Positions 1-9,706 of a stretch of DNA of 35,615 nucleotides are shown here, piece after piece. How positions within the stretch are numbered: the first letter of the stretch is position 1; every line of letters begins with the position of its first letter. Source of the stretch: Spongospora subterranea f. sp. subterranea (taxonomy: Eukaryota); NCBI GenBank assembly GCA_049724395.1, contig JAUGWO010000057.1:124001-159615 (forward strand), read 5' to 3'. The notes below the pieces were generated by a model. The model was not told the DNA's origin. It saw only the letters and a list, made by a program, of their open reading frames with translations, and searched no databases. Position numbers and translations under genes: made by a program.

Positions 1-4
1 GGTT

Positions 5-547
5 TTGTCTGTTATTGCAGTGAACGCCTATTTATCGCTATTAGTCTCATCCTGTCGGCGGACGGCTGCAGTCTCGAGTTTCATGATGACGTCGCTGATC
101 TCAAATCCCTCTTCGTCCAATGTCCGGCGTTTTCGTTGGACGAAATCGATCGACTGGCTCCAGGTGTCGCTCGCCTTCGTCCCAATCCATCTCGCCGACG
201 CTTCGCACTGGCTCTTGGCCGTTATCAACGTCGACAATCACACGATCTCCGTTCTCGATTCCCTCCCTTCAAGGTCCACAAAAAAATATGTGTCCTGTCT
301 GCTGAGTTATGTTCGCGGCGATTGGCGCCAACGAGAACTGCTGGATCAACGGCCATGGACGGTCGCCAAATGGCCAGCGAAAAGGATTCCCACACAGGCG
401 AATGGCGATGACTGTGGCGTTTTCCTATGCGAATTCACCAGGCGAATTGCGCGTCACCAAGCGGTTGAGTTGATTGACCCAAAGCGAATGAGCGACGTTC
501 GTCGCAGAATTCAAAGGGAGCTTTTAACTGCCACTGTTGTAATATAG
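5..547 (+). CDS. Ulp1/SENP-like C48 cysteine peptidase domain (5' end probably outside the window or spliced; possibly transposon-borne)
   Basis: ORF has VPIH..SHWLLAVIN (catalytic His), VLDSL (Asp) and PTQANGDDCGVFLC (oxyanion Gln and catalytic Cys), in C48 order and spacing. Confidence 0.85.
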   Translation: MSVIAVNAYLSLLVSSCRRTAAVSSFMMTSLISNPSSSNVRRFRWTKSIDWLQVSLAFVPIHLADASHWLLAVINVDNHTISVLDSLPSRSTKKYVSCLLSYVRGDWRQRELLDQRPWTVAKWPAKRIPTQANGDDCGVFLCEFTRRIARHQAVELIDPKRMSDVRRRIQRELLTATVVI

Positions 548-1844
548 CAAGATCAATATTTATTGACAAAAATTGCGTTGGCGATTTGGGGGTTGTGATG
601 ATACTTCCAGCAATATTTTTCTTTTCTACGACTGGGGTTTCAATAGCCAGGCACCTATCTGGAAAGTTGCAGACGTTTTCGAAATCTCAGCATGTTCCAT
701 TCCATTCTGCTTGCAAATTGCAACTAATTTTAGTATTCAGAACCGCATAAGGATGGGAATTTGATGACAAAATGGACGAATACAGTTAACCCGATTTTAA
801 TTACAGAAATTGTGTCGGGGTTGTCCTTTCGGGCATTAGGTGCTGGTGTTTCCTTTTGAGAGTCTATTCGTGTATTGCGTTGAACGGCGGAAAAAATGGT
901 GTGATCAAGTTGTTGCAGCCACCAAGACAAAAGAGAATTTCAGATAGATTTATAATTCGATAGGGATCATGATCGAGAGCTGGGCATTTTGAACGAAGAC
1001 AGCGTATTGATCGTGTCAGATACGGTTCAAGAATTCTACGAATTCTTCTTTCCAGGAAGTGGCCAACACCACAACTGTGCGATATCGAATGAATTTGACC
1101 ACTCTGACAGCGAGCAGTGAATATAACAAGAACAAAGCAAAATGGGTTGATTCTCTCACAGCAGCTCTCGGAGAGTATTACAGTGAGTGGCGAACTGGCG
1201 ATACACTGATTACGCCGATGAGGACCAGGTGCATTATTCGTTGGCTTCCGGCAAAGGGCATACGGTTCAAGCATTCGAAGGTGTACGACAAAAGATTGCA
1301 TGATAAGCGTATCTTGTCCCAAAACATGTCTCCGGGTTGGTCAATGCCCACGGCGGCACATGTGGTCTCCTTGACAAATGATTTGGGCAGAGCCACGTCT
1401 TTGAGTTCGGTTGACCAGGTCGCCGTCCGCCCTTGGCCGGTGCCAGTTAAGCGGCCATCAACTGCAGTTGTCTTCACTGTATGTACAGTATACTTATTTT
1501 GCGTTCTTAAACACGTCCATTTTGCAAATGCCGAGCTGATAACTGGGTGAGAGGTTGCGCGCTCTTTATATCCTGCCATGTTTGTAAAAAGTCCAATTTC
1601 GGTTCCCATAATTAACTGATTTATTGAATGTCTAAGTTCGCAAATATAGCCGTGGTTGAGATCTACCAGATCGACGAAGGGGATACTTTGTATCTCTTGC
1701 CGAGTTTTTAAAGATGCCAAAAGCCAATTCTAAAGAAACTTACAACTCTGTTTTGATAATCATGACCGGAGAAGTGTTTCAAAAACCTAGAGTTGAAATT
1801 TTCTCGGGTAATGCTTTGGACATTTTCCATTTTAAGACTAGGAC

Positions 1845-2061
1845 CGCTCTATATAACCCTTGCCGAGTATAAGTCGCCCTGTTGTCGTGCCTACCAACTG
1901 CTTACAGAGTCTGACCCTGTTACAACTGCCCCATTAGATCAATAAACCATTCTGGAATCCGATTGCTGTCTCGCCGTCTTATTTGGTGATCGCCACATCA
2001 CCCGTAGAGTGTTTCCGTCCGGAAGGGCACAGGGTTGGCACGTCAAGGGGCGCCCGTTACA
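1845..2061 (+). mobile_element. Possible 3' part of a solo LTR
   Basis: TATATAA (1850), AATAAA (1941) and a GTTACA end (2056-2061) in U3-R-U5 order; no partner LTR, PBS or TSD seen. Confidence 0.25.
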
Positions 2062-2203
2062 TACCCATGGTAGACGCCATGCGGACATCCATTATTCCTC
2101 GTCATGAAAAGCCGACGCGGACTTTGGGTGAGGGTTACCCCCGACCCTAGACTACACTGGTAGCGTGGATCATTTAGTGTTCACCACTGGTGAAACAGAC
2201 ACG

Positions 2204-2728
2204 ATGATCAAGACACTTGTACTGATCGCCGTTGTTGCGGCCGTGTTCGTCAACGTTGGTGAAGGCGCTCCATTACAGAGAGCGGCGACGCCCGGCAATG
2301 GCGATGTCGCTACCGAAACCCAACCTGGTGAGAGTGAACGACAAATTTCTCAATTAAAGCTGGTTCTCATACCATGAGCAGTCGCACCACCTGCCGGAAT
2401 GTTGGCGTCCATCTGGGGATTTCTCGGTAAATTCAACCCGTTTCGTTATTTTGGTTGGACACATACAAAACCAGGAACCAAGTCGTCCGCGGACTCTGAG
2501 AGCAGTCAGAGCGGTGATAGCAAGTCAGAAGCCCAAGAACTAAATGAGGAGAAAGCTCCATCCGTTGATGAAAACAACAAAGATGGAATCTCTGAAAAAA
2601 AGTCGACGTTCAAAGATAAGAAATCGACATCATTTTTAGGCGAAAACAAGATCATCATCTCCGTCCTTGCTGTTGCGGTTGGCGGAATTTTTATCAGTGT
2701 CCTAGCATATGTGATTATGAACAAGTAA
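2204..2728 (+). CDS. Small secreted or membrane-anchored protein, 156 aa, two exons (2204-2327, 2382-2728)
   Basis: MIKTLVLIAVVAAVFVNVGEGA is signal-peptide-like. A 54-nt intron GTGAG...CAG (2328-2381) removes the in-frame TGA and joins two same-frame ORFs. Ser/Glu/Lys-rich middle; C-terminal hydrophobic helix IIISVLAVAVGGIFISVLAYVIM. Confidence 0.75.
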
Positions 2729-2884
2729 ATCTTCTAGTTTTGAGCTTTGCCTATCATATTATCGGTATCAGAAACCTGTTTCGCTGAACCCTGACCGTGT
2801 TTCAACAAATGCTTTTGTTGTGCGAAAATGGGTTCCTGTAAGAAGTATGTTTCTGAAGAAAATAGGGCGGCCGGCCCCGAAGTG

Positions 2885-2970
2885 TGGCTGGAGTGGATTC
2901 ATCTGGACGATGCGCTCTGCATTTGGGCGATATTACACATGACCGCACTGCAGCGATGGCACCATTACAT
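2885..2970 (+). pseudogene. Possible single ankyrin-repeat relic
   Basis: With frameshifts reads GVDSSGRCALHL-AILH-DRTAAMAPL, resembling the ankyrin consensus D..G.T.LH.A...G....V..L. Confidence 0.3.
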
Positions 2971-3353
2971 GATGGTCATTGCGTTAAGAGCATGTTCTGC
3001 AAGTTCCAACTTGATTGCAAGTTTCTGACGAACCCAGCAATTAGTTTAGGCAAATGCACAAAATACCGGGGCCTCATCGGCCGCACCAACCTTGCAATTT
3101 TAATCACCGTTTCGCTGTTCAAGCAATATTTGTCAATACGACTCCCGTTGGGTAACAACCGCTCTCTTGCTGGAAGTCGATTCTGCTGTTGAAGGCGACA
3201 CATTCAAACGCCACAAAAAATGAAACATGCGGTCGGACACCTACTAATTCCGCTGGCATCGGCGACGTGACACAATTGAGCAAGGAGGCCACTTGTTTCC
3301 TATTGTCCTCTGACGAAATGTCACAGGAAAAGTACAGCAGGAACAGTATTGTC

Positions 3354-3405
3354 CCCTATTTTAGACATTTGTTCCACACCCCTAATTTAGACATTTGTTC
3401 CACAC
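3354..3405. repeat. Two-copy 26-bp tandem duplication
   Basis: ccctattttagacatttgttccacac followed by ccctaatttagacatttgttccacac. Confidence 0.85.
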
Positions 3406-3943
3406 AAACCAAGCCAGATACACGACCTTGTCCGAATGGCAGCGGCTCATTGCTAAACGTGAACGGGAGGTGGTAAACCAAAAAGGGGTCCATGATTGTA
3501 GTGTGTATGTACTGTACACCCAACACACACCAATGCGAGATTAATCCTGGATTAATCAACAAACACCAAAATCATGAAAGTACAGTAATTCACACCAAGC
3601 TTGCGCATGGGTACTGTATCAATCTGTAGATTATGAGTTAAATACGGGGGACGAGAAAAGACTGGTCACATTGACTGGTCGCCCAAGGGCTCGAGAAAAA
3701 GCTGGTCACATTCTGACTGGGAGATTCACCCGAAATTATATTGAATGGTCATTGAATTCGATGGAACCAAGGGTATCTCAATGGAGTAATCATCCGGGGT
3801 TCTTGTCGAGATATTTATTGCGCCCGGCAACTATAAGGGGAGTCGATCCCCGATAACAGCGAACGACGGGTACGACTAAAACGACGACGAAAAAATCTAG
3901 ACTGGTTTAGTACACCGAAAAAAGTGTCAGCGCGAGAGCTAGT

Positions 3944-4775
3944 ATGGTATGCGATGAAAAATTCTCTTTGACAAATTCATCGCTAGAGTCGGTATCAGAT
4001 TCCGAATCCGATACCGTCTGTAATTCAGAAAATGCTCGTTGGTCCGATACCGTCTGCAATTCCGAATATGGTCGTTTGTCTGTTTCAGACTTGCTGGCGC
4101 CGACGCTGCCGTGCACTCTTATCGATAGGAGTGTCGCGAATGTGATAAGGTTCCGTTGCGTACAGATGGAAATTGTCGATATTTGTTTGACGAAGCTTCT
4201 AAAAAGTCCAACTTGGTCGCTCGGTACTCCAATTGGCAATGGAGAGTTACCAACACTCGCTACCGTTCGCTGCCATCCAAGCCCTACGCGATTAAAATCA
4301 CCAATAAAGGTGTGCAGACAACATTACTTGCTCCAACTTGGCATGTGCATATAGGCGTCGTCCGATCAGAACAACCGGACAACTTTGAACGAACGTAAAT
4401 GTCACAACCCAATCACAAGTCTGAAACCTTGTGCATTGCTTACTTCTTATAATGTTGCAGGTGCCGCGTATGCAGCAGCGACATGGTTCGAAGCGTATGT
4501 CTTGCAAAATGTGTATGGGTGAAGGCAACATTCTGTGATCGGGCCATCATTATACATGCTGACCGGCATTCACATGCCGTGCCACATGTGTTCAAGCGTG
4601 ACTTTTACTGCCAAAAGTTGCTCACTGACAGGTTCTGTAATAATCCCAGGACGAAAGCTGTCACGCTTGTTACCGGTATGCAAATCGGTCTGTGAGATCG
4701 ATGAATCTTACGGTAACCTGTCAAGAGTAGCGTATTTCCGACGTCAGGTGTTGCGAGACCTTGGTGTTAGACAAC
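3944..4775 (+). pseudogene. Frameshifted GCM/WRKY-like Zn-binding DNA-binding domain gene (N-terminus of a transposon protein), left copy
   Basis: Joined frames give MVCDE...WQWRVTNTRY...KITNK-CADNITCSNLACAYRRRP...C...CSSD..R.VC.AK....IIIHADRHSHAVPHVFK...NNPRTKAVTLVTG..SVCEIDESYGNLSRVAYFRRQVL. This matches the GCM pattern W.xRxTN..KxCxGxxxCS..C..RP...HxH. Probable short intron near 4419-4460. Confidence 0.6.
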
Positions 4776-4791
4776 CAGCTGCTTGGTCTAA

Positions 4792-5382
4792 GGCATGTGA
4801 ATGTCGGTCAGAATGTATAATGATGACCCGATCACAAAATGTTGCCTCCCATTTTGCAGGACATACGATTCGAACTATGTCGCTGCTGCAATACGCGGCA
4901 TCTGCAACAACATCATAATAAGTAAGCAACTGTACAAGGTTTCAGACGTGTGACTGAGTTGTGACATCACGTTCGTTTAAAGTTGTCCGGTTGTTCTGTT
5001 TCGGACGACGCCTATATGCACATGCCAAGTTGGAGCAAGTAATGTTGCCTGCACACCTTATTGGTGATTTTAAACGAGTAGGGCTTGGATGGCAGCGAAC
5101 TGTAGCGAGTGTTGGTAACTCTCCATTGCCAATTGGAGTACCGAGCGACCAAGTTGGACTTCTTAGAAGCTTCGTCAAACAAATATCGACAATTTCCATC
5201 TGTACGCAACGGAACCTTATCACGGTCGACGTACTGATTCGCGACACTCCTATCGATAAGAGTGCACGGCAGCGCCGGCGCTAGCAAGCCTGAAACAGAC
5301 CACGACCACATTTATCGGATTCGAAATCCGATACCGACTCTAGCGATGAATTCGTCGAAGAGGATCCTTCATCGCACACCAT
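4792..5382 (-). pseudogene. Inverted second copy of the GCM/WRKY-like gene, truncated after the HxH motif
   Basis: Minus-strand ORFs 5012-5311, 4942-5247 and 4744-4929 give the same peptides (KVPLRTDGNCRYLFDEASKK, CAGNITCSNLACAYRRRP, CPAKWEATFCDRVIIIHSDRHSHA). Confidence 0.6.
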
Positions 5383-5532
5383 CCATATTACCTCTCGCGC
5401 TGACAAAACGGAAGAGGAATATCTCGACAAGAACTCCGGATGATTACTCCACTGAGGTACACTTGAGTGTACATGGCAATCCAACAAATTCGACTGAACA
5501 CACATTGACTGGTCATTTACGGCAATTTTGAA

Positions 5533-5633
5533 GTGATCAGTCAATGTGACCAGTCAATGTGACCAGTCAATGTGACCAGTCAATGTGACCAGTCAATGTG
5601 ACCAGTCAATGTGACCAGTCAATGTGACCAGTC
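5533..5633. repeat. 13-bp tandem array (TCAATGTGACCAG) x7, subterminal repeat of the foldback element
   Basis: Seven perfect units at 5541-5631 plus partial flanks; the reverse-complement motif occurs 2-3 times at 3660-3720. Confidence 0.95.
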
Positions 5634-5805
5634 TTTTCTCGTCCCCCCTAGTGTCGTCGTTCCTACCGTATTCAAATTGATACACATGCGCATGTTTTGT
5701 GTGTACTTTCATGATTTTGGTATGTCAAACTACAGATTGATTCCGAGGACAATCTAGACGCCCAAGAAAGTCAATGGTGGTTGAAATGAGAGAACACAGC
5801 CCAAA

Positions 5806-6820
5806 TGTTGAGTATCGTGCCCTTTCGTGGGAGCAGATGTTCGTCGAACGATTCATCCCGACTAGTGAATAGACGGTGGGTGTTTTGTTCCTGTAGTTGG
5901 TATCCCTTCTGATCACCTGCATATCCTAACATGGAGTTGCCTTAGGATCACGTCGTTGTACGTGTGCGTAAGCTCGGCATCCAAAAACTATAAGATGACT
6001 GATTTAAGGTTTCCTTCCCATCCACACTTCGTATGATGATATTCGTTAGTTTGGGTATGTTTGAAGTCGGTTGGTTATATGAGCTGCGGTCGCCATTTCG
6101 AATTGCAAGTAATCGTGGGGTAATCCGGCATGTGCGAGAAATGTTCGACAAGCGTTCTGTTCATCCGTTCGGCTACGCCGTTCTGCTCCGGGGTATACGG
6201 GATGGTAGTTTGAGATTTGATTCCCGTTGATCGGAGTATGGATTGTGAGTGGTTAGACATAAATTCGCCTCCGTTGTCGGACTGGATAACGTTCACCTGT
6301 TGCCGTAAAGCGCTCATACTGTGCTATGCATTGGATTATGAGATCGGCTGCTTCAGACTTGTTTCTCAATAAGATCACGGACTGAACTCGTCTACGATGG
6401 GCATAGCATATCGGGCCCCTTGATGCTTTTTCGTTTGCATTGGTCAGCATAAATCGACGTCAAGGACTCTCCCTGGAACTGTCCTCCTTCGGCTGGGGTC
6501 GCCCGTTGACAATGAAGGTCGGGTTGCTTTACCTACTTGGCAGGCTTCGCATCTGTTCGGCTTGGTGGATTCGGAATTCTTGATTCCAGTTGCGATGTAC
6601 TTGGAAGCTATTTCTTGTGCGACCTTCATTGGGGAGTGTGCCAGTTTGTGTTGCCAGTGTATGGCTGATGCGGCATAAGCCTTGTGGTGTTTTTATTTGC
6701 AGGGGTATATAGAGTCCGTCCTCTCGTGGTCCAGATTGCATGACGTTCTTATCTTTGTATAATTCAAGACCATCGACGTTGAACGTCGCCTTGTCAGTAT
6801 CTCCGTCTTCACAGGCTTTG
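5806..6820 (-). mobile_element. Ty1/copia pol fragment: GAG-pre-integrase, Zn finger and integrase core (degenerate)
   Basis: LWQHKLAH, CEACQVGKATR, IQSDNGGEF...TTIPYTPEQNGVAERMNRTL, followed by the post-integrase FGC.AY segment; many frameshifts. Confidence 0.9.
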
Positions 6821-6828
6821 CCAATTGA

Positions 6829-8320
6829 ATATCACAATACGAGGTGTGGATGGGAAAGGAAACCCGACATCAGTCACCTCAGAGTTTTTGGATGCCGAGC
6901 TTACGCGCGTACCCGATCAACTACGACGAAAAGTTTATCCTAAGGCAACTCCATAGGATATGCAAGTGATCAGAAGGGATACCAACTGCAGGGAGAATAC
7001 ACCCACTGTCTATTCACAAGTCGGAAAGTATCGTTCGACGAACATCTACTCCCACGAAAGGGCACGACACTCAGCACGACGCTCAAAGGAAACGAGAAAC
7101 AGACATTACCACAAACTTCTCCAGCTATACCACGACAGCACCGCAGCCGAAGATGATGACGCGAAGGCTATCCCATTCGCTAAGGCTCCCGCGGCAACAC
7201 CGAAAACAGGATCGACTACATCCAGCCATCAGCTGCGCAAGTCATTTTTCCCGAACTTCAATAAAGGCATGAGCCCGTTAACAAGGCACAAGAACACGTG
7301 CGCCAACAGTAATTGGGAAGATGAAGTTATCGACAGACCAACCTTAACAAAGACACAAGCCGGATGCAGTAATCGTGAACATTAAGTCCTAGACAGATTA
7401 AACTCAATATAATCAAGTCGAAGGTAGTGATCATGAAGATGAGGTGATAGACGAGGAGCGCGCATGGAAAACGCTAATTCCCACTTTACGAAGATCGTCC
7501 AGATTCAAAGGGCCGCCGATGCTCCAACGCTTCATGTATCTCAAACATATGGACATTATATGATCAGGACCTTTCAGCAAACCCGATATATCAGACATGG
7601 TTTGCTCAAAGGTCCAAATTCCTTCATCGGTTCATGACGCGATAGCAAGCCCATTTGCTGGATATTGGCGCGATGCAATCATAAATGAGCACAAGAACAT
7701 GGTAGAGTTCCGTACATTCGACCTCGTCACAAGGATAACTCAGGATTGATTGAGAAGTTCAAGGCCCGGCTTGTAGCGAAAGGATTTTCGCAGCGTTGTT
7801 GCCTCGATTACAATGAAACTTTTGCCCCTGTGGCTTATCAGGAATCCTTGAGAACACTGCTCGCCCTATCAGCCCTACACAGCTTAAGATTTCGCTAATT
7901 AGACATAGTGGGAGCGTATCTAAATAAAGACATTGAGGAGGAGCTTTACATGGCCCAGCCCGAAGTTCAGCAAGGCCCTAACCAGGTATGGCGGTTGAAC
8001 AAAGCCATATAGGTCTGAAACAGGCAGGATGTGTCTGGAATAAAATGATCAACGAACTCTTGGTGACAAAGCTAGCTTCAAAAATTGCAACGTGCAAACC
8101 TACCAAGACTCCTCATCAACCGAGTATATTACCTGGAGATGAACATGAGGCCGGCTGATGAAGAAGAACGTGCCAAGATGAAGACTATTCCATACGGTAG
8201 CCTAGTTGGAGCCCTAAATTACATTTTTACTAACACCAGACCAGATATATCGACCGCAATGGTCACCCTTTGCCGATTCATATCCGACCATGGTACACTA
8301 CACTGGACGGCCGCAAACGT
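6829..8320 (+). mobile_element. Ty1/copia pol fragment: post-integrase region and reverse transcriptase (degenerate, internally deleted)
   Basis: KPDISHLRVFGCRAY; KFKARLVAKGFSQ..DYNETFAPV; LDIVGAYLN..IEEELYMAQPE; LKQAG..WN; IPYGSLVGALNY..NTRPDIS..HWTAA. Confidence 0.9.
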
Positions 8321-8729
8321 TCGTTGCATGCAATACCAGGATCATAGCGAAAAATTGGTCCCAATGCAGTTCAATCCACTTAACGGAGATACGTGTCTGT
8401 CCATGGCATCTAACACACGAAGAGCGCAAGGAAGTAGTTTTGCCTTTGCGAACAGATCAGGAACGGTAACACCTAATCCCTATCGAATAAAAATCAGTCT
8501 CAACTTTCCAGTGTGAATATCACAAAGAAAACAATGGATACCGCGATAGTGCATTTTGGTCTACCATCCGTTGCTAGAGCCTCAGATGGATACTGTTTGG
8601 AAAATATGATCTGCTTTGACACCGTTCGGTTCAGATTTCCAATTTATATTGTTCACTTCGTAGTAAATCGGCCTGCGACCTTTGGAAAAACGGTAAACCG
8701 ATGATTATTACTCGGGCGGAAACTTGAGT

Positions 8730-8773
8730 GTGTGTGTTGATTAATCCAATATTGATCTCGCATTGGTGTGTTG
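8730..8773. repeat. Displaced outer piece of the foldback's right arm
   Basis: gtgttgattaatccaatattgatctcgcattggtgtgttg aligns as reverse complement, with a few mismatches, to 3521-3565 and continues the homology that breaks off at 5725. Confidence 0.75.
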
Positions 8774-9208
8774 AATTTGACCAAAAGAAAGGACCCGTAA
8801 ACACCAGATGCGATTAATCAAGCGACTGTTCGCGTAGAGCGTGCCACAAGCATTTTCTGTACAAGATTCTGGAGTGTTTTTGTGCAACCAGGGAATATAG
8901 TGTTGAACCAAACTCACGTCGTGAATCGCCGCTCAGCGGTTGACTCAATATAGGCTGCATGTTCAATCATCTGGTTTGGAGCGCGTCCTCAGTTCGACGA
9001 CGACGGAAGAACCGGTGAAAATCTTCACTGTCGGGGACGTTGGACACCGTGTTCCAAATCTGTCAAATAAATCTACCTAGCAGCAACCTTCGTCCGAAAC
9101 CCCATTGGCGGCGTAATCCAGTTTCCGGCCTCTAATAAGTCGAAACGAGTATCGAAGATGGTCTACTGTTTTCTGTCGCCCATGACAACTATCAAATTCA
9201 ATATCGTT

Positions 9209-9706
9209 TTAAGCTTGCTTTATATCACTTGACTTCGCTTTTCGCAAGTCATTCTCAGAATTGAAAAAAGACAAAAAGATGTGTTCAAAGATGTCCATAA
9301 CCTCCCAAATGCCTTCCTGAATTTCCCAAAGCAGAACTAAAGATGTTGCGATCAGATAGTTGGTTGAGCGTGTAGCGGTATCCACGATGATTTCATCTGC
9401 AACCTGAACTGATTCTGGCCTTATTTCGCCTTCTTCATGATCTTGGAGCTGCTCTTGAAACTCATCGTGAGCGTTTTCAAATACTTCTTGATCAAAAGTT
9501 TCTTGATCCTGGCCTTGAAGAGGTGGTAAGGCACTTTCGTCACGATTACCAAGTAAAACTCCAGTAGAGCTTTTGGATACGAGATCGTCCAGGAAGTGAA
9601 CGGCCTTTGCGACAGCTGACAGCGGCGACTGGCGGCCTTCAGCTTCGTCGGACTTAGCAACATTGAGAGCAACAACGAGTGCCACCAACAGTAATAGTTT
9701 TGCCAT
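9209..9706 (-). CDS. Small secreted acidic protein, 165 aa (effector-like candidate)
   Basis: Intact ORF starting MAKLLLLVALVVALNVAKS (signal-peptide-like), with a Glu/Gln/Asp-rich core and a hydrophobic C-terminal stretch; no recognised domain. Confidence 0.7.
   Translation of the reverse strand: MAKLLLLVALVVALNVAKSDEAEGRQSPLSAVAKAVHFLDDLVSKSSTGVLLGNRDESALPPLQGQDQETFDQEVFENAHDEFQEQLQDHEEGEIRPESVQVADEIIVDTATRSTNYLIATSLVLLWEIQEGIWEVMDIFEHIFLSFFNSENDLRKAKSSDIKQA

Larger units (their letters stand above)
3521..5725. mobile_element. Large foldback (inverted duplication) made of two converging 5' ends of a probable DNA transposon
   Basis: GGGGGACGAGAAAAGACTGGTCACATTGACTGGTC (3646) is reverse-complemented at ~5612-5646. 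Arms ~3563-4578 and ~4792-5725 align along their length with substitutions and indels; unpaired spacer ~4579-4791. Confidence 0.85.

Noticed and set aside
864..1720. Overlapping 150-180 aa ORFs; KVYDKR resembles a Penelope RT motif
   Set aside because: No other RT motifs and no supportable strand or product.
5533..5633. CRISPR-like array
   Set aside because: Units are contiguous 13-mers with no spacers, no cas genes are present, and the context is eukaryotic.
8330..8704. SDGYCLE..RFRFPIY, similar to MRFPIY at ~19380 and to CSDHGYCLA of the unknown family
   Set aside because: Similarity is too short to assert homology without an alignment.
8715..8775. PPT plus TGTTG start of a copia 3' LTR
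   Set aside because: No real polypurine tract, and the sequence is better explained as the continuation of the 3521-3565 inverted repeat.
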